Shown: positions 11,848 through 22,367 of the stretch, in pieces | Layout of the letters: every line of letters starts with the position of its first letter | Position numbering within the stretch: position 1 is the first letter of the stretch | Source: Coniocarpon cinnabarinum | Lineage: Eukaryota | Assembly: GCA_051942205.1 (NCBI GenBank) | Contig: JAVECO010000035.1 | Coordinates: 62,001 to 126,000 of the forward strand | DNA: 64,000 nt | Reading direction: 5' to 3' | Notes under the pieces: model-generated | What the model was told of the DNA's origin: nothing | Seen by the model: the letters and a program-made list of their open reading frames with translations, nothing else | The model's database searches: none | Position numbers and translations under genes: made by a program

Positions 11848-14800
11848 ATGGCCTATCTCGCACCCATACATTATGCCACCTCTATACGTCATGCCCTCAA
11901 GATCAATTTCTTGAGCTCGGAAGAAGAGAGCCTGATAGCCGCAAAGAATAATCGTCTTGAAATCTACTCGCAGACTCAAAATGGCCTCGTCAGTCAATAT
12001 ACACGAGCCATGTATGGCAAGATCACTATGCTCTCAAAGCTACGGCCAGCTTCCTCCTCCGCGGATCACCTCTTCGTTGGGATCGACAGGTCAATGTACT
12101 TCACACTTTCCTGGGACGCCGCGACGAAACAATTGCGGACTGAGAAAACTTATGTTGATCAAGCAGACAAGTCGGCTCGGGATAGCCAAACCGGTGATCG
12201 TGTCCATATTGATCCGACGGGCTCCTTTATGACGCTGGAAATATACGAGGGGATCATCACAATCGTTCCGATAATCGGGCCTTCCACATTGCCAAAGAGG
12301 TCCGCCTCAAATCAAGCGACACCGGAACATGGCACTTTGGGTGAGCCTATACCGATCCGTATACCTGAGATGTTCGTTCGATCGTCTACTTTCTTCACTA
12401 CGAGATTGCGCGCACCTAAAGAGAAGCCTAAAATAGCTTTGCTATACGAAGACAACTACAAGCGTGTCAAGCTTCGAATACGGGAGATCGATTTCTCGCC
12501 TGGTTTATCGGGAGACGGACCAAATGCAGAGTTACCAGACGCACAACAGAAATACGACAAGAATTTGGAAGCTGGTGCGAGCCATTTGATACCTGTGTCA
12601 GCACCTGCACACGGGTTCATCGTTCTGGGCGAAACGTCGATCCTCTACTATGAGGCATCGTCAGAACAGGTGCGGCGGAAAGCCTTACAAGCAGCCACGA
12701 TATTCGTGGCCTGGGAGCAAATCGATGCACAGCGCTATGTCTTAGCCGACGAGTACGGGAAGTTGTATCTCTTCATGCTTGAGCTGGACGCGCAGAATTC
12801 TGTATCGGGTTGGAAACTCGATGTGATCGGAGAGACAAGCAAAGCCGAAGTCCTCGTCTATCTGGGTGCCGGCCAAGTCTTCGTAGGGTCGCATTCGGGC
12901 GATTCGCAGGTGATTGCGATCAAACCACAAGCAATAGACACGCTGCAGACGCTTTCCAACATCGCTCCAATCTTGGACTTCACGATCATGGACATGGGAA
13001 ACAGCAGCGGCGAGGGCCAAGCAAACGAATTCTCTTCTGGTCAAGCTCGGCTTGTCACTGGTAGCGGTGCATTCAAGGACGGCAGCTTGAGAAGCGTCCG
13101 AAGCGGTGTCGGTTTGGAAGACCTCGGACTCATTGATCAGATCGAGAACGTTACAAACCTATTCAGCGTCAATTCAAGTGGATCCATCGAGCATGTTGAC
13201 ACGCTAGTGGTTTCGCTCATCGCTGAGACACGCATCTTTCATTTCTCCGCGGATGGTGACGTCGAGGAACTTGCCGGGTTCAAAGGCCTGCACCTCAACT
13301 GCTCCACACTATTTACTGGTAACGTGGACTCAAATCGCCTCGTCCAAGTGACTGAATCCTCAGTGCGACTCCTGGACCTTCAAAGCGGCTTGATCTCCGC
13401 GGAGTGGCAGCCACCCAGCTCAGGCCCAAGCGCTGCAACTATCACAGCTGTGACATCGAATTCATCCACCTTAGTAGTGTCTGTCTCCGGCCTGCGACTC
13501 TATACTTTGTCGCTTTCCAGCTCTCTTCATGTCATTTCATGTCACGAAGCTGGCTTCGATTCTCAGATCGCGTGTATTAATATTGCTCGTGACCCATCTT
13601 CATCGCTCCTGTTTGTCGGATTCTGGGGCAGCACTAGGATATCTGTGCTCTCGCTTTCCGACCTCTCAACTGTTCATACGGCGTCCGCCGCTCCGGTCTC
13701 ATCCTTTGGCAAAGCTTCTCCCACCGTTCCTCGGTCGCTACTGCTTGCGCGAATCCTGCAGGATCAATCACCTATCCTGTTCGTTGCGCTCGCCGACGGC
13801 ACGGTGGTGACATTCTCGTGTGATCCTTCGACTGGCGCATTAGTCAACCCGAAGAGCATTGTGCTTGGTACTCAGCAAGCAGATCTCCGCATACTTCCGC
13901 GAGCTGACGGTTTGGACAACGTTCTAGCGATTGCGGAGCATGCCTCCCTCATCTACGGTTCGGAAGGGAGACTGACATACTCCGCGGTCACTGCTGAAGA
14001 TGCATCTGTGGTTGCACCATTCGACGCAGAGGCTTATCCTGGTGCAATCGCCATCGCTGGCTCAAGTGGGCTCAAGATTGCCATTGTTGACGAGGAACGT
14101 AGTACTCATGTTCAAGGCTTGCAAGTTGGCGAGACCGTGAGACGCATTGCTCACTCGCCCAAGCTCAATGTCTTTGGCCTTGGGACGATCTCACGCGTGC
14201 TTGATAATGGTGTCGAGCTCGTGCAGAGCGCATTTAAGATTGCTGACGAAGTGACATTTGCGGTCCAGGCTACCTACGCTCTGAATGACGATGAGCTCGT
14301 TGAGAGTGTCATGCGATGTGAGCTGGATGACGGCTATGGACGCAAGGCCGAACGTTTTGTCGTCGGCACTGCCTACATTGCTGATGATGCAGACGAGGCC
14401 ATACGAGGACGTATCGTTGTCTTGGAAGTGACTGAGGACCGACAGCTAAAAGAGATCTGCGAGCAAAACGTCAAAGGTGCATGTCGTGTTCTGAGCATGA
14501 TTGATGGCAGAATCGTTGCTGCTCTCATCAAGACAGTAAGTTTCGTTGAGGGAGACTGTCATCTTCTGTACCTCACATTAGTATTCGCTGACACATTTCA
14601 AGGTTGTGATCTATGAACTCTCGTACACCACCTCCTCCGTACCGTCTCTGATTAAAAAAGCCTCGTATCGTACGAGCACTGCCCCTATCTCAGTCACGAC
14701 GCACACGCCATCGGAGGGTGAACATTTCGTTGCTATCGGAGACCTGATGAAGTCGGTATCTGTGGTCAAATATAACAGGGGACAGAGAGGCCAATCAGAC

Positions 14801-15379
14801 AACTTGGACGAAGTCGCACGTCATTTCTCGACAACTTGGGTCACAGCTGTTGAGCTCATTGACGCGCAAGACAATTCATACCTTGTGTCAGATGCAGAGG
14901 GGGACCTCATGGTCCTTCGACAAGATCTTAAAGGCGTCACGATAGAAGATCGCAAACGGCTGCAAGTGACATCAGAGATGTGCATTAGCGAATTGGTCAA
15001 CAGAATGCAGCGTATCAATGTGCCTACGCCACCTACGCTTCCTGTAGTGCCACGCGCATTTCTGGCCACTGTCGAGGGAAGCATACACTTGTTCGCAACG
15101 ATCAAGAGCGAATCGCAAGACCTACTCATGCGCTTGCAAGGCGCTATGGCTGAAGTGGTCAAAAGTCCTGGCAATGTACCATTTGGTCAATGGCGCGGCT
15201 TCAGGAGCCCAGTGAGGGAGGAGACCGAGCCGTTCCGATTTGTTGATGGGGAGTTGATTGAAATGTTCCTGGATCTGAGACCCAACCTGCAAGTCGAGGT
15301 TCTCGAGAAGTCAGATGTGGGAGAACAAAGGCTGGAAGAAATCAAGAATCTCGTTGAGAGCTTACGACGTTTACGATAA
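11848..15379 (+). CDS. DDB1: DNA damage-binding protein 1 (CUL4 adaptor, beta-propellers), intron 14536-14602
   Basis: MAYLAPIH start, AKNNRLEIY, FVGSHSGDSQ, NIAPILDF, VTGSGAFKDGSLRSVRSGVG, GETVRRIA, IGDLMKSVSV and FVDGELIEMFL. Confidence 0.95.
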
Positions 15380-16040
15380 GACGAGGTAGCGCTATGATAG
15401 ATATTCAACACGGGGCATTGGCAATGCATCTTGCCAAATGAGCCTTTTGCCAAGTAAATAAGGTTTTGTTCACCGCCTTATCTTGCCATTTGACCTCATT
15501 CGTACCTGTGTATCAATGCCTCTAGAACATTCTATCCGTGCCTCTAGGTAAAAAATTCCAGCACGCTGGGAATTCGCTCTTCACATTGCCCGCGCCATTG
15601 CGGGTCGCGCACAAGACCATGAGCTGACTCCTCATCCCTGATGTGACCGCAAGGGGATCCCTCTTAAATACAAGGCCGCTGCCGTAGTCTACCAACATGA
15701 AAATCTATTCGGGTACACTCACCCTCCTAAAGCCGGAGTATCGACGATTCGCGCCAGAGGCAGTCCATTCATGAGCGAATGTACCTCGCGGCGCTGCCTA
15801 TGCTGACTGAATCACTTCCACGTGATAATATGCAACACTTCACCATATTCAGCCCTCTTACTCGAGGCGATAGAGTTCCACGCATCATCACGCACCATGT
15901 GCCTCGCTATGACTCCGATACTTCAGTACGTACCTGCAAGCATGGCTCACGAATACTATTCGCAAAGTTGTTGGTACACATCTCTTCGGTATCAACAATT
16001 CAACAATTCAACAACTTGAATCCGTATCGCTACAGCAGCC

Positions 16041-16734
16041 ATGGCCGCCCTGCCTGACTCTAGCCCCATGTTGCCAACTCTGATGGATACGGACATTGAC
16101 CCACAGCTACCGGCTGGGAGTGTGAAGCTCCCCAAGCCGCTGAAAGAGACTCTTGCCTATTTCAATTCAGTCAATCCTCGAATGGCCACCCTTCGTCATG
16201 TCTACCTCTACTTGAAATACCTTTTGGACTTCGCCGCTCGGACCGACCGCAACGAAGAGGCGCTATATGAAGAGTGGCTGGACACGTTGTGCAAGTTTGA
16301 TTCTGCGAGTCCCGGTGGTAGGGAAAAGGAGTGGTATCGCGAGGAAGTCGAAAATGAGATATATGTCGAATAGTGAGCCAGCCTTCTGGCTCGACGTACG
16401 TGGACCACCTTAGCTGACAAGTAATCCTCGCAGTGACTGGCCATCGCAAGTCCTCATCGGTCAAGACAAAGACAGCTACACCCTAGCTCGATTCGTGAAA
16501 GCCATGACTGACGTCGGCACGGAAGAAGTCGTCACCCTCGTGAGGAGGTACGGCGGCAAGAAACTCGTCGACGTCGCCGCGAAGATCGAGCCATTCGTGA
16601 TGTTGAAGTTTTGCCACCTCAACGCCACGGCGTATCGCCTTTCGGACGAGCTGTGCCAAGTCCGTGATGATCCGATGTGCCGATGCAATGTAAGTATTGA
16701 TTCGCGAAGACTCCGTGGAATGAAAATTAGCTGA
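16041..16734 (+). CDS. Hypothetical protein, copy 1 of a three-member tandem family (intron 16373-16433)
   Basis: ATG in gccATGg context; a GTGAGC..GCTGAC..CAG intron joins ORF 16041 in frame to ORF 16495; shares motifs with the two downstream ORFs. Confidence 0.65.
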
Positions 16735-17294
16735 TGATTTGGGGCAGCTATTCGACCTGGACGAAGACAAGTTTCCAGAGATGGCAGAGAGTGAGAAGAC
16801 GAAGGGAAAGGGGAGGCCGGTTTGGAACGTGCGTCCGCCATCATAGCACCTGGTCGGGGCCTGATATGTTTGGCGTGCGGTTGCTTGCGCTAGTATATAT
16901 CTGCACATCCAGCCACGGTGATATCATGCACCCATTCTATCCCTAGAGCCATAGATGACTGATAGCATTTTGGCGAATTGGATTGGAGTCAGTCACTCTA
17001 TATCTCATGCACAATCATCTTCTGCAACGAGGTGATTGGACAAGGCGTACCTTTTTCGGGTGTGGGAACTTCACTGTTACATTGCAAGATTGACATAATC
17101 CTTGAAGCTTCCAATTAGGTACTTGCTCGAATTCAATACTTTTCCTCTTTCTCCTCCCCCGCTCAGAGCTCTTCAAGTTGGCACGCACATGAATACACAT
17201 GAAGACACTTCGTTTGACACACACCTTTCTCGATTCGCGCTCAAAGACTTTTACAGCTTCATCATCAGTCTCTCTCCTCGTTTGCAGTGAGACA

Positions 17295-17825
17295 ATGGCA
17301 GACGATACCTTCCGAGTGGAGATCCTCCCAAAGATTCACTCCTATCTGATCAGCCTGTGTAAATTTACCATTGGCACTGGTCATGCCGACCCGGAGATAT
17401 TCGAACATCTTCTTCTGCTGAGATACGCCGAAACGTGTTCTCGCTCTTTGAATGATCCATCTTACGCACCTGAGGAGCAAGAATGGCTGTTTGCTTCCTT
17501 GTGCTCGACCCAGCATCTGCAAGCCACGCTCTATTCCGAGAAGAGCCAAAGCTCCAAGATCCTCAACAGAATGACCAGTGGCGTCCGAGAAGTGTGGGAC
17601 ACCGTCTTTGCCGATATAAGCGACCATGACGTGTTTAATACCCGGGCTCTACTTACTGCAATCCGTGCATTCTCGGAAGCCAGTGTTTCTTCCGGCTTAC
17701 ACACCCTCTGTGGTCTTTTGAAGCGCAGGTCTGCCTACGAAGTATGTGGTTCTATTCCAGAATTCCGAAACATGAAAAGTTGACTGAAGCACGTTCAGGA
17801 AATCAAGCAGCACCAAACAGCATAA
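17295..17825 (+). CDS. Hypothetical protein, copy 2 of the tandem family (intron 17742-17798; C-terminus possibly truncated)
   Basis: acaATGg start MADDTFRVEILPKIHSYL; a GTATGT..CAG intron, after which a stop follows 8 codons later. Confidence 0.55.
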
Positions 17826-18316
17826 CATTCGTTGAATGAGCCGAGTTCTTGCAAAAAGACTTAAAAGCCTAGCAAACATTTTGGATGAGGTCGACCAAAC
17901 TTTTTTGAGCGACTTTGGAAGTGAGGCTAATATTCGACGTCGATAGTGCATAGCAGCTTGATACTTTTTACTGAGCAATTTGGGTCAATCGTTTGGAATC
18001 TTTAGCAAACTTGACATCCGATTTACTTGCTTTGAGGTGAACAGATTAGTCAGGCCTTCGTCAAGAGTTTGGTCCGTTGCTGTATTCAATGAGACAACCA
18101 TGGTCTCTAGATCTAAGATTATTCTAAAAGCTTCACCTCAGGCCCACCTCGCACAAGTTCACTTTGATTTCTTTGTCTCTGCTTATATTATGCTGGAATC
18201 CGATCAAAGCATACTTACTTTCCAATTTCTACTTTCGTGTGCCTTTCCAGCAAACCTACGTTTATCCTCTCACAGACCCCTAGTCTACCTGTCTGTTCAC
18301 TCGATTGGCCGTCCTA

Positions 18317-18933
18317 ATGGACATTCCGTCACGGTCGTCGACTCTCTCGAGAACATACCTTTACCTCTACATGTTATCCGAGTTTGCCACCACAGAAGAC
18401 AAGGTGGAAGACGAGCTTCTGCACCAGTACGGTGATACATGTGCGGATTTTCTTGAGTTCGCGAATCTGGACATGGCGGAGGAAAAGTGGTTCGAGACTT
18501 CGTGGAAGTGGACTGATAAACCTATCACCTCGCTGGTTTCGCAATATAAGAAGGCATTTGATCTGCTGTGGCTCCTCAAAAGCTTACTCGAGGCTATGAA
18601 TGCGGAGCAGCGCGTGGCCTTCAAGAAGTTTGATAAGCAAGTGGTACTGGATATACCGCCTGGCTACGTACAGATTCCGTTTCGTCTGGAAGAAAGCGTT
18701 TCTGGTGCCTACGGACTGGCTTGTGACTCCATTGGCACCAGAAGCTGCTTCGATGAGGTGTGTATCTCCAGAACGAAACGCCGTGTCATGACATACTGAC
18801 TCTGAAAACTAAGGAGGCCATGTTCCGTCGTCTACTGTTGCAGAAACCTGAAACCCCCAAGTGTTGTCAAAGAGCCAAAGGTCTCACTGACGACGTTGAA
18901 GAGGTGGGAGAACGCGACAGTCCAGATCTCTAG
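18317..18933 (+). CDS. Hypothetical protein, copy 3 of the tandem family (intron 18758-18813)
   Basis: MDIPSRSSTLSRTYLYLYMLSEF...; a GTGTGT..CTGAC..AAG intron leads to the in-frame last exon EAMFRRLLLQKPETPKCCQRAK...PDL*. Confidence 0.6.
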
Positions 18934-19363
18934 ACCAGACCTCGGTCCCAAGGTTCCTTCCATGAAATCTTTCCCCTGCCTCGTTGGGTAGTCCACGGTG
19001 TTGGCATTCGAGGAACGAGCATGGTGCTCATGCCAAATGCGGCACAGAATCTCGCAGCTGAAACGAGACTCTGAATCAGATGAATGATAATTACGGAGCA
19101 TATAAAAACCTCTGTCCTCATAGCCGCCGCCACTGACTCGCATCACCTAAGCGTTTGCCTCTTCTAGACTAGCGTCGGCGGCCTTGGTCTGACGTATGAG
19201 GGGCAAAAATCCAATGGCATCTGATCAATTACAAAGCTCCATACTGCGTCCTGTCCACGACCATCAGCTTGCTACACCTGTGTACATGTACCGTGAATTG
19301 CCGCGTGTCTATTGAGCTTGCTCCTGTAAAGACCTCCCGCAGCGCGTGTACACTCGAAGACGC

Positions 19364-20680
19364 ATGTCCCACCTCGCGCGCTACGTACTACGCAGCCAAT
19401 CTATCCCTCGATCACATATCGCAACATCGACTCGACGACTTACAAGTCTTGCGTCACACCTCCGTCCCTCAACAGGCTCCTCTCCGAGTCTGTCCTTGAA
19501 TCTTCCTTGGCCCCGTAAAATGGCTACAGAAGCACCGACATTACCGACGTCTATGCGCGGCGTCCAAATTTCGCAAACAGGGGGGGTTGACGTACTGGAG
19601 CTTAAAGATGATCTTCCAATGCCGAATGTTGGTCAAGGACAGGTTCTTGTGAAGATTGATTACGCGGGGGTGAATTACATTGATACGTATGCTCTCCTCA
19701 TCTCACTCCTACTGCTTCCCCTTCCCCATGGACGTTTTCTCCTGGTTCCTCATTCATGCGCTCACCTGACCATCCATACTGCCAAAGTATTCGATAGGAT
19801 CGCACTAACATGCCTCAGCTACTTCCGTACCGGCCTCTATCCCTCGCCCCTCCCCCTCCTGTTGGGCCGCGAATGCGCCGGCACCGTAGTATCCCACTCC
19901 TCCCCGTCCTCCCCCAACAGCCCACCCATCGGCTCCAAAGTCGCCTGTCTGGCCGGACAAACCTACGCCGAGTACGCCGCCACCAACATGAGCCACACCT
20001 ACGTCCTCCCCCAAAACATCTCCACCCACATCGCCGCGGCGGCCCTCCTACAAGGCCTCACAGCCCTCACACTCATCCGTGAAGCGCACAAAGTTGAGAA
20101 AGACCAGTGGGTGCTTTTGCATGCTGCGGCGGGAGGAATGGGCCAGTGGCTTGCCCAGCTTTTACGAAGTGTCGGCGCCAAAACGATAGGCACGGCGAGT
20201 ACGCCCGAGAAGAGAGAGAACGCCAAGAAAAACGGATGCGTAGAGGTGCTTGCGTATCCCGAGGAGTCAGAAGGCGGGAATGACGCCTTCGTCGCGAAAA
20301 TCAATGAGATTACGGCAAATCAGGGCGTGGCGTGTGTCCTCGATGGCGTGGGCAAAGCCACCTTCGATCTCAGTTTACAATGCGTCGCGCGCAAAGGGAG
20401 TCTAGTATCCTTCGGCAACGCGTCCGGTGCCGTCCCACCCGTGACAATCAGTCGGTTGGCGGGGAAAAATGTGAAATTGACAAGACCGATGCTGTACGGC
20501 TACGTGACGACGGCCGAGGAATTCTCAGGGTATGCGCGGGAACTATTCGAGATTGTGGGACGAGGCGAGGTGGACGTGGGGATTCACAAGACGTATGCTT
20601 TGAGCGAGGTGGGGGAGGCGCATAAGGACATTGAGGGACGGGGGACTGTGGGGAAGTTGGTCTTGAAGATGGGGGAGTGA
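19364..20680 (+). CDS. ZTA1: NADPH:quinone oxidoreductase (zeta-crystallin/MDR family), intron 19687-19818; alternative start at 19520
   Basis: YAGVNYIDTYFRTGLYP after splicing, LGRECAG, LLQGLTALTL, HAAAGGMG, DGVGKATFD, SFGNASG and RGTVGKLVL. Confidence 0.92.
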   Translation: MSHLARYVLRSQSIPRSHIATSTRRLTSLASHLRPSTGSSPSLSLNLPWPRKMATEAPTLPTSMRGVQISQTGGVDVLELKDDLPMPNVGQGQVLVKIDYAGVNYIDTYALLISLLLLPLPHGRFLLVPHSCAHLTIHTAKVFDRIALTCLSYFRTGLYPSPLPLLLGRECAGTVVSHSSPSSPNSPPIGSKVACLAGQTYAEYAATNMSHTYVLPQNISTHIAAAALLQGLTALTLIREAHKVEKDQWVLLHAAAGGMGQWLAQLLRSVGAKTIGTASTPEKRENAKKNGCVEVLAYPEESEGGNDAFVAKINEITANQGVACVLDGVGKATFDLSLQCVARKGSLVSFGNASGAVPPVTISRLAGKNVKLTRPMLYGYVTTAEEFSGYARELFEIVGRGEVDVGIHKTYALSEVGEAHKDIEGRGTVGKLVLKMGE

Positions 20681-20696
20681 CGGGGCTTTTGGCTGA

Positions 20697-20723
20697 CTGG
20701 ATGGATGGATGGACGGACGGATG
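20697..20723 (+). repeat. (GGAT)n/(GGAC)n tetranucleotide microsatellite in the 3' UTR of the quinone reductase
   Basis: ctggatggatggatggacggacggatg. Confidence 0.7.
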
Positions 20724-21193
20724 ACGCACAAGGCGTCCAGGGGGAGACCCTCATGGCCGTATTGACGCTGTACATACACGGGATTTGAAAATGTATTCTG
20801 TGATCCTGAACGCATCACAAGGACAATCACGTCATTTTGAGATGATGCTTCAAGCTGGTCAGCAGATTCCAGAACCTCATTAAACCGTACAGCTCTGCAT
20901 CAAATAAATAAGACTACGAGCCGCTCCTCAAGCTCCTTGCAAAGTGTAGAGATCGACTGCCCGTTTCGACGGCGCCAAAGTACATTAGTAAGATCAAGCC
21001 ATTATCAAATTATCATCGCTACTACTAACTAGAAAAATCAATAAGAGCATTCACGCATTCTCGATATCGACGGTTTCTCCCACGAAGCGTCCTTGATTCG
21101 TTCGAAAGGTTGACTCTCTGCTATGATTTAGCTCATCCGTAAAGAGCAATACCATAGCATCTCACCTACCAAGAATTCTTCAAACCTTTTCCC

Positions 21194-21213
21194 AAAAAAA
21201 AAAAAAAAAAAAA
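21194..21213 (+). repeat. Poly(A)20 tract in an AT-rich intergenic patch
   Basis: 20 consecutive A residues followed by AT-rich sequence. Confidence 0.9.
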
Positions 21214-21534
21214 TTAAATTACATCCTAGAAATAATAAAAGATTAGTTTTTGATATGTGCTGGCTAATTCACGGCAGTGCTACAAGACAGCAAATCCACC
21301 TCTTCGCATTAATCCAAATACTCGACTCTCATTAATACTGTATCCCACCTCTTCTCGAAATTCTACCTGTCAGATCTGCGACACGAGCGCGTCGCTCAAT
21401 CACAGTCTCTGCAATACACTCGAATGTTCCAATTTCCTTATGTGCGATTCTCGTCTCATTTCTCGGACCGAAACTTTAGTATCATACATACTATGTCGGC
21501 TCCATGCGGCGCGTCACGTTGTCAACGTCTACGC

Positions 21535-21571
21535 TTCTCTGGAATGAGTCCATTCTCTGGAAATGAGTCCA
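21535..21571 (+). repeat. 18/19-bp tandem duplication
   Basis: ttctctggaatgagtcca followed immediately by ttctctggaaatgagtcca. Confidence 0.85.
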
Positions 21572-22367
21572 TTTTGTCCGCTGTCACGCAAGCAGAGCGT
21601 TGCTTAGAGAAATACCTGTAATTCACCATTCAGACCGTGGAAGCGCAAATTGAGATGCGCAAGTTGAGATTCGCAATCCAGTGAAATGATGCATGCTGAT
21701 CGAATCAGAGGTCGAGTAGGGGATGCGAAGAGTTTCTGTCGTGAACGGCATTGCGCACCACGACTTGTGATGTCATCCTGATGCACGAATGTCGTCCTCG
21801 CTGTCCCTGTCTTTGGCTTCAATTTCCAATTTCCAATTTTCAACTCGGAAGGATATAATCATGGGCGTCAATGCCACGATCCGTGTCCAAGTCCTGATGC
21901 GCGAATTCGTCACCCCATTGATTCCCCTATTGTTCAAGTTATTCACACTTTTCCCAGATCATAAGGCCAAGGTCAATTTCAAGGGTCTCCTGCGTGAGAA
22001 ATGCCGACGGAAGTCACTGGACATGAACGAAAGGAAAAGAAGACTACATCCACAAGTCTCTCCACATCGGCTCGCATCGGCCGCAACGATAATGTGATTT
22101 TCAATACGTACTTTTTTGTTATAAACGCCTGCAATGCAAACTATGATATGTAATGCTGGTATCTGTTTTGGCCATGTCCACGACTCCGTTCGCCATGCGC
22201 ACAGCATGAGTTAGTTAGTAAGTAAGTAAGCACCAGCCAACACCTTGCATCAGCAAACAGAATCCCTTTTTCGAGCAGAGTAACCCAGCAATGTCCATGC
22301 AAATACTTCAATGTCGATGCCCTCATGTCAACGCCTTGATGTTAGAAAACTCCGATACCTACATCGC

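Noticed and set aside
20678..20790. Readthrough at TGA-CGG of the quinone reductase giving a cryptic PTS1
   Set aside because: The extension would end in ...HGI, which is not an SKL-like signal.
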